Source: Antedon mediterranea
Lineage: Eukaryota; Animalia; Echinodermata
Direction of reading: 5' to 3'
NCBI RefSeq assembly: GCF_964355755.1
Contig: NC_092678.1
Coordinates: 17,439,365-17,503,364, forward strand
DNA length: 64,000 nucleotides
Shown here: piece after piece, positions 51,099-64,000 of the stretch
Position numbering within the stretch: the first letter of the stretch is position 1
How the letters are laid out: each line of letters opens with the position of its first letter
Notes under the pieces: model-generated
The model's database searches: none
Told to the model about the DNA's origin: nothing
The model's input: only the letters and a program-made list of their open reading frames with translations
Program-made: the position numbers and the translations under genes

Positions 51099-51747
51099 CT
51101 TGTTACGTAATTTTGTACTGATTCGTTGACGATTTTTACGAAATTCCGTAAGTTCACTGACTCGTATTCACGAATTAAACTTACCTCCGTGATTATTTCC
51201 AACTCATAATACTTGTTTTCGGTGGTCTTCATTAAATTATGATTTTGCTTTTAGACAATTTACAAAATTGATTAGATAAATCGTTTCACCAGGCCTATAC
51301 TTAATAAATTATGAGTTTGTTACTGATGTTGCTAGCATTATGTTATTCTACAATAATTCTAAACTTTGTACGATATACGCTAACTAAGATCTGGTAGAAG
51401 CGTTGTAAATAAGATTTAGTTTATTTTCTTCTCCTTTTTTCAGACAAGAGATAAAAATGGATGTGTGTCGATATATAGTTTTCGTTAACTGGTGACGTAG
51501 GTCTACACGTCATTGTATACACAGTTACAGTGGGATTTATTCATAATAATAAGAAGAGAAGATCAATACGAGTCCATCTGTTAAAGTCTTATTTTTTCCA
51601 TTAGTTGTATACATAATGTATATATATATACATTAACGTATTTCATCGTAATAGTTATTTTTCAAAGAAGTAATAATTATTAAATCTTCTTTTCTGCTTT
51701 TTTTCCAATTTAATGAGGTGAGTTGTAATTTTGACCTTAGAAAAAAT

Positions 51748-51826
51748 CCTGACATGACGGGAATTGAACCTAGGACCGTTTGAGTGGTAGTCAAGCATCA
51801 TAACCACCAACCCACAACTCAACTCC
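51748..51826 (-). mobile_element. Degenerate tRNA-like SINE head
   Basis: Minus strand GTTGTGGGTTGGTGG (A-box-like) and GGTTCAATTCCC (B-box). Confidence 0.45.
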
Positions 51827-52035
51827 AGATCTATGTTAAACCAAAAGTAGTATCTGTTTGTTGCTTTCATTATGTTCATGTCAAACACACACATAGTTAT
51901 TCATTTTAGTGGAGTTGATGAATAAAATTATTTCAATACTAACAATTCACTCCTTTGCTAACGTACTTCTAGACAAATTGTTGATAAATAAATCATGATA
52001 ACAACCTCATTGTTCTTCTCTCCTCTTATTATATA

Positions 52036-52327
52036 AAGTTTGGTTCCCAATTGGACGCAACGTAAGAACGTAGATGCAACGCAAGCGAGTTGACCAGTGA
52101 CAAGCGACAGTTCGAATAATCCATTGCTTGTGATTGGTCAAATCCCTTTCGTCGTGTGTCTAGTGAGAACCAAGTTTAAAAGATAGCGTAAAGCTTGGTT
52201 CCCATGTAACGCAACGCGATTTGACCAATCTCAAGCGATGGATTATTCCAACAGTCGCGTGTGATTGGTCAACTCGCTTGCGTTGCGTCTACGTCCTTGC
52301 GCTACGTCCTAGTGGGAACCGAGGTTT
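52036..52327. mobile_element. Two adjacent Harbinger-like MITEs in opposite orientation
   Basis: Each has AAG(T/C)TTGGTTCCCA…TG(A/G)GAACC(A/G)AG ends flanked by TAA/TTA, and they share an inverted TTGACCA…GATTGGTCAA core. Confidence 0.55.
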
Positions 52328-52837
52328 AAGGCTGTGTTTCCCCCGCAGCGTAACACAATTGATCGGTCAACCAAACAGATGATTAAAACAAAAATAAAGT
52401 GTGCATTCACAACGCAACAATGTATCTTTTATGTAAACAATTATCGCATTTATCCGAAATATCTGATTCTTCAGGAACTTTATCGGTTAATTTGTATCGA
52501 TAAATATCTTATTTAATATAATTGTATCTTAATTATCTTATCCTATTTTTCTTATTTTGATATTTAAATGTAAATGTCATTGTACCTATTATTAACTGTA
52601 GTTTAGCGCATCTCGCTGACCTGGTTTAATGTTTTTAATATCAAAGCGTCAACAATTGCAGGGAAGATTAATGACCATTAGGTAAACCCGATTGTTTACA
52701 TTTTATTTTCTGAATCACGTTATTATGTATAAATATGTTTTAAATAAATAAAATAAACGTTTTAAATGTTTATTCAATATTGCCGCGCGCCAACAACAAG
52801 GTTTATTTTTTAAAAGTTTGTGCTTTCTTGTCGAAAA

Positions 52838-52972
52838 ATGTTTGAGCTTTGTATGACTATCAAAGTAAAGATGGGAAGCCTATAAACTTTCAGAAAGGGC
52901 AACGGTTTACCTTGCTTGACAAAAGCAACGGTCATTGGTGGAAAGTTATGTCCGATCAGTCACAAAAGATGA
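52838..52972 (+). pseudogene. Frameshifted, truncated N-terminal SH3-domain gene fragment (NCKIPSD/SPIN90-like architecture)
   Basis: ATG TTT GA (1 nt short), then ALYDYQSKDGKPINFQKGQRFTLLDKSNGHWWKVMSDQSQKM with the SH3 ALYDY and WW motifs; cut off before G.VP. Confidence 0.7.
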
Positions 52973-53530
52973 TAGTGAGGTTCCTCATGTATGAAAATAG
53001 GGGTTCCGTAGGATTTTAATGCCCAAAGTTAGATTTCACTTGATTTTACGTTATTATAGTGCTAGGATACCAAAAATGCTAGGTAAACCATTTTCACGAT
53101 CTTGTAACCATGGTAACAGCCCCAAGTTCAAAATGGCGACCAAATGGCCATATCTCCATAACCCTTTGGTCTATTGGCAAGATATTGGTATCAAAATACT
53201 CGGAATATATATATTTATTTTCGTTGTAATGGAACATTTTTACTAAATGCAACCGGAAATGCTATTTTCTGTACTATTGACCCTAACCTTGCCTCGTACT
53301 GTATCTTAAAAACGGCTCGTCATAAAAATTTAAAAATGGTCTCAAATTGCTCAGACCTTATATATTTATATTTATTGTAATGCAATATTTTGTTAAAAAA
53401 TGTCCGGAAGCAAAGCTATTGAACTTTGACATAGATAATAGCTTAAAAACCGATTTTCATTCAGTAGTCTCTGATCATATCTCCATAACCCTTTTGTCTA
53501 TTGACAAGATATGGGTAAAAAAAGGATTTT
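52973..53530. mobile_element. Probable single end of an Academ-like DNA transposon
   Basis: Begins TAGTGAGGTTCCTCA, contains CAAAATGGCG and a repeated CATATCTCCATAACCCTTT motif; no partner end found. Confidence 0.35.
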
Positions 53531-54299
53531 GAAAAGTTACTATAAACAATAAAGTCGTTTCCAAATTTATGTAGGCCGCTTTGAAAAAAAAAATTTTCCA
53601 TTTACCATCGTTTTTTCCTAGATATCGTTTAACCCAACAGGCTTTTAGAGCTTGACAGTAACTTTGAATATGTGGCATTTCAAACCTCCTTTTTCTCTTG
53701 TTCGTTGCACATGATTTTCCTTTTTATCTTATCGGGTTTTCCGTTCCATAACAAATTAAACATCTTACCTTGCATATTATTGAATAAAGTGATTTGGTGG
53801 GTCCGGTAAGATTGAAAAATGAAAAGTTAAATTTTGCAGAACCAGTGTTTTTATTATAGTATTTTTTCCAAATAGGGTAATGGATCTTTGGCTCCACATG
53901 TTTAGTATTTTATCATATCTTTAGATTTTGGTCAAAAATTTTAATCAACTATATTATCTAAATTACTTGAAACATTATACCAAGGTATCGTATGGGTTCG
54001 TTAGTCTGTAGTTTTGTTTGGTGGGAATTTTAAAATCCGAATTTCTTAATGAACCCAATCTCATTATATTACTTTTTTCATAATTTATCTTAAGCCCTGA
54101 GGATAAAGCAAATAAGTTCAAAGTGTCCATGATGGGCTTTATTGAATTGGAATCGTTTATATAAAATACCGTGTCGTCAGCAAATTGACTTAATTTAATG
54201 TTTACGTTATTATAGGATATACCTTCTATTTTTTCTGTTTGACGGACTGCATTGCCTAGGATTTCCGCACATAGAATAAACAAGTATTGTGATAGAGGG

Positions 54300-54592
54300 C
54301 ATTGAATTGAATTGAATTGAATTTATTTGGAAAATCATCATAAAAAATACATACAATGTGATAACATAAATTACGGACATTACAAATAATACATTTATAA
54401 AAGATTTTCCAGGATAGCCCAAAAAGCTTATCAGCTTATTTCCATTGGGATCCTTTTACAATCTAAAATAAAAATATAAACATTACAAAGCATTAAACAC
54501 GTAAATATAACAAAACAGTAATATAAAAAAAAAGTTAAATTAAAGACGATGATTGACTTATAAAGTTATTTGGTTGAACAGAAATGTGAAAT
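54300..54592 (-). mobile_element. LINE 3' tail nested in the L1 RT
   Basis: (TTCAA)n tail and GGAT.CCCA…TGGG.ATCC stem-loop; splits the L1 motif SRGLR | CPLS. Confidence 0.55.
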
Positions 54593-54615
54593 GTCGTAAA
54601 CCACGACTAAGACTA

Positions 54616-55392
54616 AACAAGGCCAACAGCCATTAAGTCGCGTGCTACAATGCATAGTGATACCGGACCGACAGACAGACCGACAGACCGACAGACAGAC
54701 CGACCGACCGACATAGTGAACTATACTGACCAAAATTACTGAACATATTTAAAAATGTTGAAATGTTTAAAAACATTTATATTTTTTTAATTTAAGCGTG
54801 CGTAGCCTGTCACTTTTGACGTGCTTGTATAACGTAATTTCGAGTTGAAAAGTAAGTCAAGAAAACAGAACTCGTGCAAAAAGAGTGCGCAATAACAATT
54901 AACGCGCAGTGCGCGCGCAAAAATATGCGCATTTATGGCAATTTTGTAAACGCTTATTAAAATTGCCTGAAACGTACTCTTATTTCATCGAAAATAAATT
55001 TTGAAAATTTTAAGCGCGCGTACGCATGCGTTACATGCGCTACGCACGTAATTGTATTGACATATGATGATATATGCTCTGAAATTTATGAGTACCAAAT
55101 TTTATTTAATTTTGATTCATAGTTGTGAAGATATGATTACAAACGTGATTTCGTTAAATCGTGCGTAGACCGCTTACTTTTTTATTGCGCACCGTGAAAA
55201 CATAACCACATCGATTCCTGGCCATAAGGAATATACTGTAAAAAATTGACCTAGCTAGATTAAACTGATATCAAGATAAGGTCAGAAAGCGATAAAATGC
55301 ATAGTGATACCGGACCGACAGACCGTCAGACCGACAGACCGACCGACCGACCGACATAGTGAACTATACAGTCGCTTCCACGCGACTAAAAA
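54616..55392 (-). mobile_element. HINE/DINE-1-like element, copy nested in the L1 RT
   Basis: Near-identical to 8584-9390, inserted in a T-run. Confidence 0.75.
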
Positions 55393-58300
55393 TTCAGAAG
55401 AAAATCCGTTATTAATAACACAACTAAAAATATCATTATAAGAAGTTTTATCAAATTTATAAATTTATTTTTAAATCCAAATTGTTCTAGTGCATAGTAA
55501 ACAAAGTCCCATCTTATTTTATCGAATGCTTTTTCAAAGTCTTTTTTTGGAATCAATGATATTACCCCACGCCTTTGTGAAATAGAAAGACCTCCTCTTT
55601 GAAAGGAGTATTTGAATGAATTTGTTAGGGTTTGGCTAATTTCAGTTGGGAGACCATCGGTTCCTGGCGTTTTATTGTTATCCATTTCATTTAGGGCCTC
55701 AAAATAATCTTTTTTCGGAGAATGGGAGTTCACATTTTCTTTTATCTTCGTCACTAATTTTTTTATTTTTAATTTGTTTAAGAAAGGCGTGTTGTAAGTC
55801 GTTTCTTCTGATTTGTACAGTGTTTGGTAAAAAAACTTTGTCTTCATTTAATATTAGTTTTGGATCGGTTATTTCACCGTTCTCAGTAATAAGTTTTATA
55901 ATGTTTTTTTTATTATAATTTCCACGTTCTAAATTTAGGAAGTATTTCGTTTTTTTATTTCACCATCTTCCACATATTTGGCTCTTGATCTAATCATAAA
56001 ACCACTTGTTTTAAATTCATAAAGTTGTTCATTTTTTAAAATTTGAATTTGTTCGTTTACTGTTTGATCATTTTTATTGCAAAATTTCTCTTCTAAAATG
56101 TGTATTTCATTTTGTGATTTTTTAATGTTATGTTTATTTTACATTTTATTTTGTTTACTAGCAAATTTGATTGTGTTTCTTCTTTTGTTACATTTTGTCA
56201 TTTCCCAAATAGTGTTAGGGTTATTTTCTGCACATTCTATCTTGGTGATTTTTATTGTTTCTATAACATCCTTTACGTAGTTGGGATCCTGTTATAAACT
56301 AGTGTTCAGCTTCCAAGGCCTCTTTTGTGTATTAATTCATTTTATATTTTATTTCATTTTATTCATTTTATTGAAAGTGTTATTAATGAATGGTCAGTTT
56401 TAAATCATGATATAATTGATTGCAGTGTCGTTTACGTGTGCCCATAGAGAATATGAGATAAGAAAATAGTCAATTCTACAAAATATTAGTGTGGAGTCAT
56501 GATTTGAGTGCCATGTAAATAATTGTTTCTTTGGGTTCTGTACTCTCCAAATATCAATTAAATCTAATTTGTCTATAACTTTATTAATTTTCTCGGTGCA
56601 TTTTGAATGCGTTTGTCCCTTGCCATGTTTTTTTTATCGACAGACGAATTCGAAATTGTATTAAAATCACCTCCAATGATAATAGGGTTTTTTCCGAATT
56701 CCTTAATTTTGTCACATAAAAGTTTAAAAAAGTTAATGTCATCATTATTGGGTCAGTAAATGTTTACAATGGTAAATGATTTTTCATTAATTGTTTGCAA
56801 TGATTATTCTACCATTGTCATCCCGATAAACATTATCAAATTTGTATGTAGCATTTGGTTTAAAAAGTACACATACTCCGGCAGAATTGGATGTGCCATT
56901 ACTGAATAATATGTTGTTTCCCCATTCTTTTTGCCATGTTGATTCTAATTCGCTTGTGCAGTGTGTTTCTTGTAGAAAATAAATGGAAAAGGGACGATCA
57001 TGTAACCAATTAAAAACCGTCCGACGCTTAAACGAATTCCTTAGGCACCGTAAATCCAAACTACATATTTCTACATTTGCCAGCCAGAAAAGTTAGCAGA
57101 GCTTTCGGGCAACACTAGCCCTTCATCAGTGCAAGTGATATATATAATACAATTCATACATTAAGGTAGTTATAAACATATATAATAAAGTACAAAAACA
57201 TGGTATGGCTCTTGAAAAATAGGTAGCCAGGCCTACATGGCTCGTCCTATTACCGCTAAACAACAGCTCATCATGAGTAAGCATTGCTCCATAATAAGAA
57301 AAAAAATAAACATACATGCATAGCCTACATATTTCCGGTACTTCACAAGTGAGCTTCATGTAATTATAATTAAGAAGGTCAATAATAATCTGTTTTGGTG
57401 TGGAATTTGAAATTAGATGCATCATTAATAACATTTACTGGATAAAGGAAAGATATTTGATTTTGATAGTTATTAACCAAAATAACCACGGTGTATTCTG
57501 CAATGCCTATCTGCCTGCCCTGCACGACGTTGAGTACCGGCATTATGTAGACAAGATTATTGTTATTCATGAACGCTATTTTAATGGTTCCTATTGGTTG
57601 ATTGGTAATTAGCAATACTAGAGGGTTCGCTCGCGCACCCTCTAGTGGGTGTACCCGAATGGTCCTCGAAAACATGGCCAAAGCCTCTGGCCTTCTCCAG
57701 TGTGTGTCAGGGTGACATAAATTTGTACTCAAAAGTGTCACAATCCAAGAATGAATTAAAGTAAAGGCCTTCAATAATAGTTAAATTACTAAAACACATT
57801 GTAGTTCACCTAAAGTAAATGCTTTTAATCAATATAATTGATCAGCTGAATATCTAAAACAAATTAATTGCTAGGCCTAGTTCACAATACGTTGAACCAC
57901 TAAAAAATTTGTATTTATTATTGAATGTCGCCACCAACGGCCATTTTGCCTGAAGTGACGGACCCGGAAGCCAGTTGAACAACAGCACGAGTGTGTGAAA
58001 ATAATCCTGTGATATCCACAAATTTCGATAGGTAACGCTAAATGTTGTCGTAAAAAAAAAATGGAACAATAGCGTAGTACTGAAAACTAATGTTATCAAA
58101 TCTACGTTTCGCGGTACATCTAAGATAGATAAGATAGGTATCCAAGGCGGAGATTTATATCGAAGTTTTTCCATTGTGCTCGCCTATGTCGGAATTAACC
58201 ATAATTTATATATAGATTATCCAAATATGGTATGTCATGGACATAGTGTTTTTGCCATCGTTCACTGTGTAATCGTCCGTCTGCATTTCTAAGCATATAA

Positions 58301-59364
58301 CAAATCATTACATTAATTTACAGTTAATAATCAATAATAACAATGTAAACATACATTTTTTAAGCAATGAATATCCCTTGAATGATGTTTCAAAGATAGG
58401 TTGGTTGACGTTAGCCATACAACTCATTGAGTATGGTATGTTGGCATGTACAGCATTGTTCCACTATTGTTCATGAGCATCGTTCCATTGGTTTCTATTG
58501 TGTGGTTACTTAGCATGTACAAAATATGGTAAACGTTGAGCTTGGCATTTCAGCCATTGCTTTACTGTACTGTTCAAATGGCTACCTGTATTGCTATGAT
58601 AAGTGACTGTTTTACTATTACGTACTACCTCTAGCCAATAAAAATAAAAAAACAAACATACACCATTTAACATACATTTGCAAAGTCATAGAATATCTGA
58701 CTAATGCAATACAATTATTGTTTTATAAGGCTTAGCATAAAAATTACTTGTTTCTCCTATTTTAAATTATTGTTTATCTAACATATGTTTTTAAAAGTCC
58801 ATCATGTGTCTTGTACTTGATTACTGGTGGCACACTAAAAGGGATCAAGGCAAACTTTACGTCCGATCTTTGCCTCATTTTTTTTAAATGTTTTACTTTT
58901 AGTGTTTGTCTTAGAAGTCTTACGGGATACGTCATCGCTTATATAAATACTGTTATTGTTTAGTGGATTGCCCTTCAATGTTTTCGCTGCTTGGCATATA
59001 TGCCTGCCCACGTAGCTCAACAGTTAATTAGTCTTTGTCTCCTCGATGATGAGCGCCTTATTGGGATTCTGTGGACTCGTTCCACTTCTATGTCGTCCCC
59101 ATTCTCTAATTTCATGTGCGAAGTGAATAAAAATTCTACAAATTCCTTGCACGATAAATTGCCTACCTTCTCGTAATCTTCTGGTACGTTATGAATGATT
59201 ATATTATTCCTCCTCGATCTATTTTCGAGATCGTCTACTTTCTTTTCTAGATAGGTAATAGTATCTAAAGTTTTATTAACTGACTTACATTTGTTTATAT
59301 TGTCCTCCACTGATTTTTCCATGAATTCTAGCGATCGCGTTATCTTTGTGATGGCTCCGGTGTA

Positions 59365-59970
59365 TTTTTATTATTATTATTATTATTATTTTTGTTATTA
59401 TTATTATTATTATTTATTGCCAAAAACCGGTTACAAACATACAAAAACACAGAAACTAAGGGAGTAGGCAGGAACCTAAAAGTGAACATAATCACTATAA
59501 CAAGAGTTCAGGTTCCGTACTCCCAAAGTAACAACAATGATATATAATAAACTATATAAAAATATTTAAATAACAAATAGACGAATCAACAGCTTCAATA
59601 TAAAATAAAAGGATAAAATACATTATAGTCGATTCAACAAAGTCAATAAAAAACATGTAATTTAAGTGAATTTAAAAATGTTGGAAAACTGTCTAAAATT
59701 AAAGAAATTTTAATCATTTCCGGTAATTCTTCCCACAACCTAGGGAATATGTTAATAGCGGAATGATGAAGACAATTGGTTCGAGTATAGTGATGAATGA
59801 ACTTAAGTGTATCAAGGTGACGGCCATTAACAACTATAGATTGACGAATACTACTACAATCAACCGTTCCAATAAGTGATTTACAAACAAAGGATAACAG
59901 AAGATAATTTCTTCGATTAGATAGTGTAGGCCAAGTTAGCTTAGTGAGACGTTCCTCGTATTCCATTTTT
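59365..59970 (-). mobile_element. 3' fragment of a CR1-like LINE nested in the L1 ORF1 region
   Basis: YEERLTKLTWPTLSNRR…RTNCLHHS..NIFPRLWEELP with a (TAA)n tail at ~59365-59415. Confidence 0.75.
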
Positions 59971-60620
59971 CACGTTTTCCTCAATTTTGGTCACCATACC
60001 CTTCTAGCTTACTCGTTTATCCATCGACTCCAGTTTGTTGAGTATTAGGTCAAGTTTTGAAGAGCGTTATCGCATTTGACGGATGATGTTCTGGTTCAGT
60101 TGAGCCGCACCCATATTTTTTTGCTTCGAATCTGACCCTTGGCTGTCTTGGCCAGGGGTGGACCTCAGATGATAGGTTATTTTGTCCTTTTTAGATTTCG
60201 ATTTTTCCATATTCAATAGAGAGTTTTACTTTCAGTGTACAAATTATGTAAATACGGCACTGATTTAGTTGTTTTTGAACGGAGCGCTAAAACAATGTGA
60301 TGATTTGTGTATACATTTTAGGAGCTACAAGTATACAAGTCTTTACTGCATCGTAGCTTAGCGCCCTCTCAACCACTATTAAAAAAAAAATATTTTAATA
60401 ATGTACAAAAAATGAAATGAATACCATCCCATTAATTACTGGTATGTACGGAGAAAGCTTGAGCGGAAATCGAGGGTTACTTTTGCCAACAAGACGAAGC
60501 GCGAAACAAATAAAAACGAAGCGTGAAACATCTGAAATGATATACAATTTGCTACAAAATGAAAAGACAGAATATATTATATATAACTATAACTATAGCA
60601 GTAACCCGTGCTCCGCAAGG

Positions 60621-61218
60621 TCATGAGGTAATTTCCCGATTGATCGTAATCAAAACGGTACTGGGTTTGGTCTACTAGCGTTCCTGCTCCCAACCAGTAC
60701 ATCCATTCATAGAAGCCTTAATGAAGTAAGCCTACATGGTGGTGGCCATAGAACGGTCCCGAGATAACGACTATACTTCGGCTTTAGTCGATAGAAGATT
60801 CTTCCTTATATCTATATTTTTTAATTTATACTAACAAATATCTTTTTTATTAATATAATAATAATAATATATCAAAAATTTATTAAATAATATTCATCGC
60901 ATAATATGCAATCTACGATAATTTAATTAATTGATATAACAAATGTATTAAATACATAACATCATTGGAATAAAAAGAACAAATCACATATCTACACATA
61001 ATCATAACATCGTATACTCTATCTCTAACAATTTATTCAATCTTCTATCGACTAAAGCCGAAGTATAGTCGTTATCTCGGGACCGTTCTATGGCCACCAC
61101 CAGGTAGGCTTACTTCATTAAGGCTTCTATGCATGGATGTACTGGTTGGGAGCAGGAACGCTAGTAGACCAAACCCAGTACCGTTTTGATTACGATCAAT
61201 CGGGAAATTACCTCATGA
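60621..61218. mobile_element. MITE with ~180-bp near-perfect terminal inverted repeats
   Basis: 60621-60800 is the reverse complement of 61039-61218 (TCATGAGGTAATTTCCCG…CGGGAAATTACCTCATGA), with an AT-rich centre. Confidence 0.85.
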
Positions 61219-61274
61219 AATTATATACAAATTCCTACAAAATGAAAAGACAGAATATATTATATATAACTATA

Positions 61275-61303
61275 ACTAGCAGTAACCCGTGCTCCGCACG
61301 GTC
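61275..61303 (-). mobile_element. Helitron-like 3' terminus
   Basis: Minus strand CCGTGC-GGA-GCACGG hairpin followed by CTAG|T; degenerate duplicate at ~60591-60622. Other CTAG-ending candidates at ~61375 and ~57617. Confidence 0.5.
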
Positions 61304-62693
61304 TTTAAACAGCTTTGCATGGGCAAGTATAATAACAGCGCACTTTGATAAAGGTACTTTGACAAATTATTAAAACTAGATGGAACGCTCGCTTCGCTCG
61401 CGTACCATCTAGGGGTGCTCACAGATGGTTCTCGAATACAGTAGAATCCACGGACGGGGACTTTTTTGGGACACTAAACAAAAACGGAAGTGTCCCCCTA
61501 ATTGGGGTATTCAGAAATAGAGACAACAAAACCAATACTGGATTCCATAAAGGACAATTAATTTATGTGGATTAAATAAATTAGGGAGAAATGGAAATGT
61601 ATGTACGGGAATTGGGCGACACGTGGTGGTGGTGATGGAACCGCAGTAATAAAGTTGATTGTATTTATATATTATAAGAACCAAACTAAATAAATAGACC
61701 TAGACATTCTGCGAAATGGAAATCAGAAATGCAAGCTCCTATTCAGTGAAAAATTAAACTGTAGTCTACCTAAATATTTAGGGCAAATCATCGGTTGTGG
61801 TGTTGAAATTCCTGTAAACATTTGTGTGAACCAAACTGGGTCGAATTTCTGTCATGAGTACTGATTTGTTGGCCTGTGATTTATGACGCCTAAGGGATCT
61901 ATCTAGACTTATTTTTTAGAATAATGTACGTACCTGTCAGATACAATTGTCTTGTGTCGTATAATAAATAAGTACTGTAATAGTTACTGAAGTTACTATT
62001 ACAATCTCGTCAATGAAAACACGAAAATGTATATGCACTTACTTATGAAAACGTATACAGTATTATACTCAGTTATTGAAACAGTAGGTTTAAAAGTTTC
62101 GTTTGTCTGTAAAATGATGTAATCAAGCTGTTTACATGAGTCTTAATTTATAAGCACATCAATAATAAAATAGTTTATCTATCCTGTAATTGGCGAGATT
62201 TTGGTCGCTGTTGAATGAAATAAAGCCAATCGGTATCATATTTGTACAGAAACGTTTTCGCGGCCGAAGGGTGTAACCTAAATTCGTTGTATTATCGTCA
62301 AGAACTAACTGTAACTAAACTTACATAGGAAGTAGGGTATCATAAATTTGGCCTTAGCTCTCGGGGGAGTGGCTAAGATGAAGTCCGTGGGACTACTAAA
62401 TATACATTGTAATGAACCTCGAGGGACATAAATAGGAATATTTCATGTTTCATTATCAATGTATAATAAATGGAAACTGTTTACCGATTCAAATAATAGA
62501 AATTGGTTTTTAACATTTTCCGAACCTATTGCAAGTTTATTCTCAAAGGGCCCATATATTTACCTACCGTATGTGTTAAACCAAGGGCTCATAAATTTAC
62601 CTACAGTACTTGTGTTAAACCAAACTCTGGCAGACTGAGAGATTGGGATGTTCCATTCATCGCAAATCAATACATTTGTATAATCGTATATTA

Positions 62694-62829
62694 AATCTAT
62701 CAAAATAGTATTTTTTAAAGAAAATCGGCCAGTCTTCAACATTATGATGGTGTACTCTAGCAATCTATCAAAATAGTATTTTTTAAAGAAAATCGGCCTG
62801 TCTTCAACATTATGATGGTGTACTCTAGC
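62694..62829. repeat. Tandem duplication, 2 x 68 bp
   Basis: AATCTATCAAAATAG…GTACTCTAGC occurs twice with one mismatch. Confidence 0.9.
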
Positions 62830-64000
62830 TGTTCAACCGGTTTTCAGCTATTAAAAACAATTATCGTAGGAGGAGATAGGAAAATGCGAAGCCTCCTCGC
62901 TATGTAACATTAGGGTTGAGGGATGGGAAAGCGGATAGGTACAAAGAGGAACAATTTTCACGCTGCTGCTCTAGCCCGGTACGTCCCATTAGGACTACTC
63001 AATCAGAAGCTAAAGCAAGCAGCAGTTATAGTTCTAAGGACAGACAGTTTTGTGAAAATGGAAACTCCACTATGATTTATTGATTCACAGTAGACCCAAA
63101 AAACGTCTGGGAAAGAGTCTATTAGGACATGTCATGCTAAAATTACAAATCCCTAAGCATTTCTGGTATATTCACTGTCAGATATTCATTGAATTATTAT
63201 CGAAACAGTCCATTAAAGTTTGTGTTTGTAATAGGATACTTCACAATTGAAATATCTAGTGTGATGAAGTGACCCCAGATTTGACCTTAGCAATAAAATT
63301 AACTAAAGTGACAGAAATTGAGTATTCACTTCTGTAACAAAAATATAATATTTATTCACATATAAAAAGAGAAAAGAAACCCAAAAACCATTGTCTGACA
63401 GACAATTTAAGTATTTGTTGCTTTAAATTACATTTTTTTTCAGGTAAAATAACTATTATGTGACAATAAAATGAACACATTAAAAAACATTTGAAATAAA
63501 AAATATTTTTCAATAAGCGAGCAGCGTTTTTTGTAAGAAATATTTCTTGTTAAATATATTCTTTATCCACTGAGTAACGAAATATTTTGTTCATGTTTTA
63601 TAGGCCTATAAATAATATACCTCTAAATACAGTAGGCCTAAAACATTTGCGATTTAATACTTTGTTAAAACTGTCACTGTCATAATCGATTGAAATATTA
63701 AAGTACATGTCACGATACACCACTACGACGTTTATATTTTTGGTAATTATTAATTAATACAAACGTTGAGAAGGAACTGTCAGTATAAATTTTATTTGTA
63801 TATCTAACAGTAGAGCCTATCCACAGTCTCAGTAATAAAGTTTATTTGTATATATTTTTATATTACATCTAACAGTACGAACATTCACAGTAAGAAATGT
63901 TCGATTCAAATGAAAAATAGTTAATAGGTATTTACAGTATTGTCAAAGTATTGCAAGTTTATTCTCAAAGGGCCCATATATTTACCTACCGTATGTGTTC

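Larger units (their letters stand above)
53530..60300 (-). mobile_element. Long degenerate L1/Tx1-clade LINE (ORF1, APE, RT) with nested insertions, 3' end missing
   Basis: ORF1 LEKKVDDLENRSRRNNIIIHNVPE…ERVHRI (59017-59322); APE FLQETH (56787-57059); RT KTPGTDGLP, DFEKAFD, QFADDT and KACWVKR (53475-55847). Confidence 0.85.

Noticed and set aside
50963-51232. 89-aa track ORF with a hydrophobic end
   Set aside because: It overlaps the signal-peptide exon in a different frame; the 51098 ATG frame splices correctly to the CUB exon. At most it is an upstream ORF.
20320-51826. tRNA genes at ~20330, 23625, 26200, 34890 and 51780
   Set aside because: Only degenerate A/B boxes with no convincing cloverleaf; they are better explained as SINE heads.

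Overview
AT-rich, repeat-dense animal genomic DNA; an invertebrate deuterostome such as an echinoderm is my inference from the transposon and SINE repertoire. One spliced host gene runs across most of the window on the minus strand and is mostly invisible in the ORF track. It has a signal-peptide exon (51005-51098), a CUB exon (49314-49655), an LRRNT exon (40601-40736) and seven 72-bp phase-2/2 single-LRR exons (39247 down to 13820), and it presumably continues left of the window. All junctions are GT-AG and in frame. Six of the seven LRR exons were amplified with kilobases of flanking intron. The CUB-LRRNT intron holds a 6,959-bp near-perfect palindrome (41199-48157) with Polinton/Maverick termini (AGTAGT...ACTACT) and a 6-bp ATTATT target-site duplication (TSD). 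Each arm carries an intact orphan ORF and a decayed Polinton integrase start, so it looks like an integrated fold-back (snap-back) Polinton. The rest is nested transposons: Harbinger containing AcademX, a Sola1-like transposase, two L1/Tx1, L2, RTEX-like and Rex1/Babar-like LINE remnants, Helentron-type HINEs, an AcademH-like dimer, Deu-domain SINEs and MITEs, plus a frameshifted SH3 gene fragment. Family names come from remembered motifs, not database searches.
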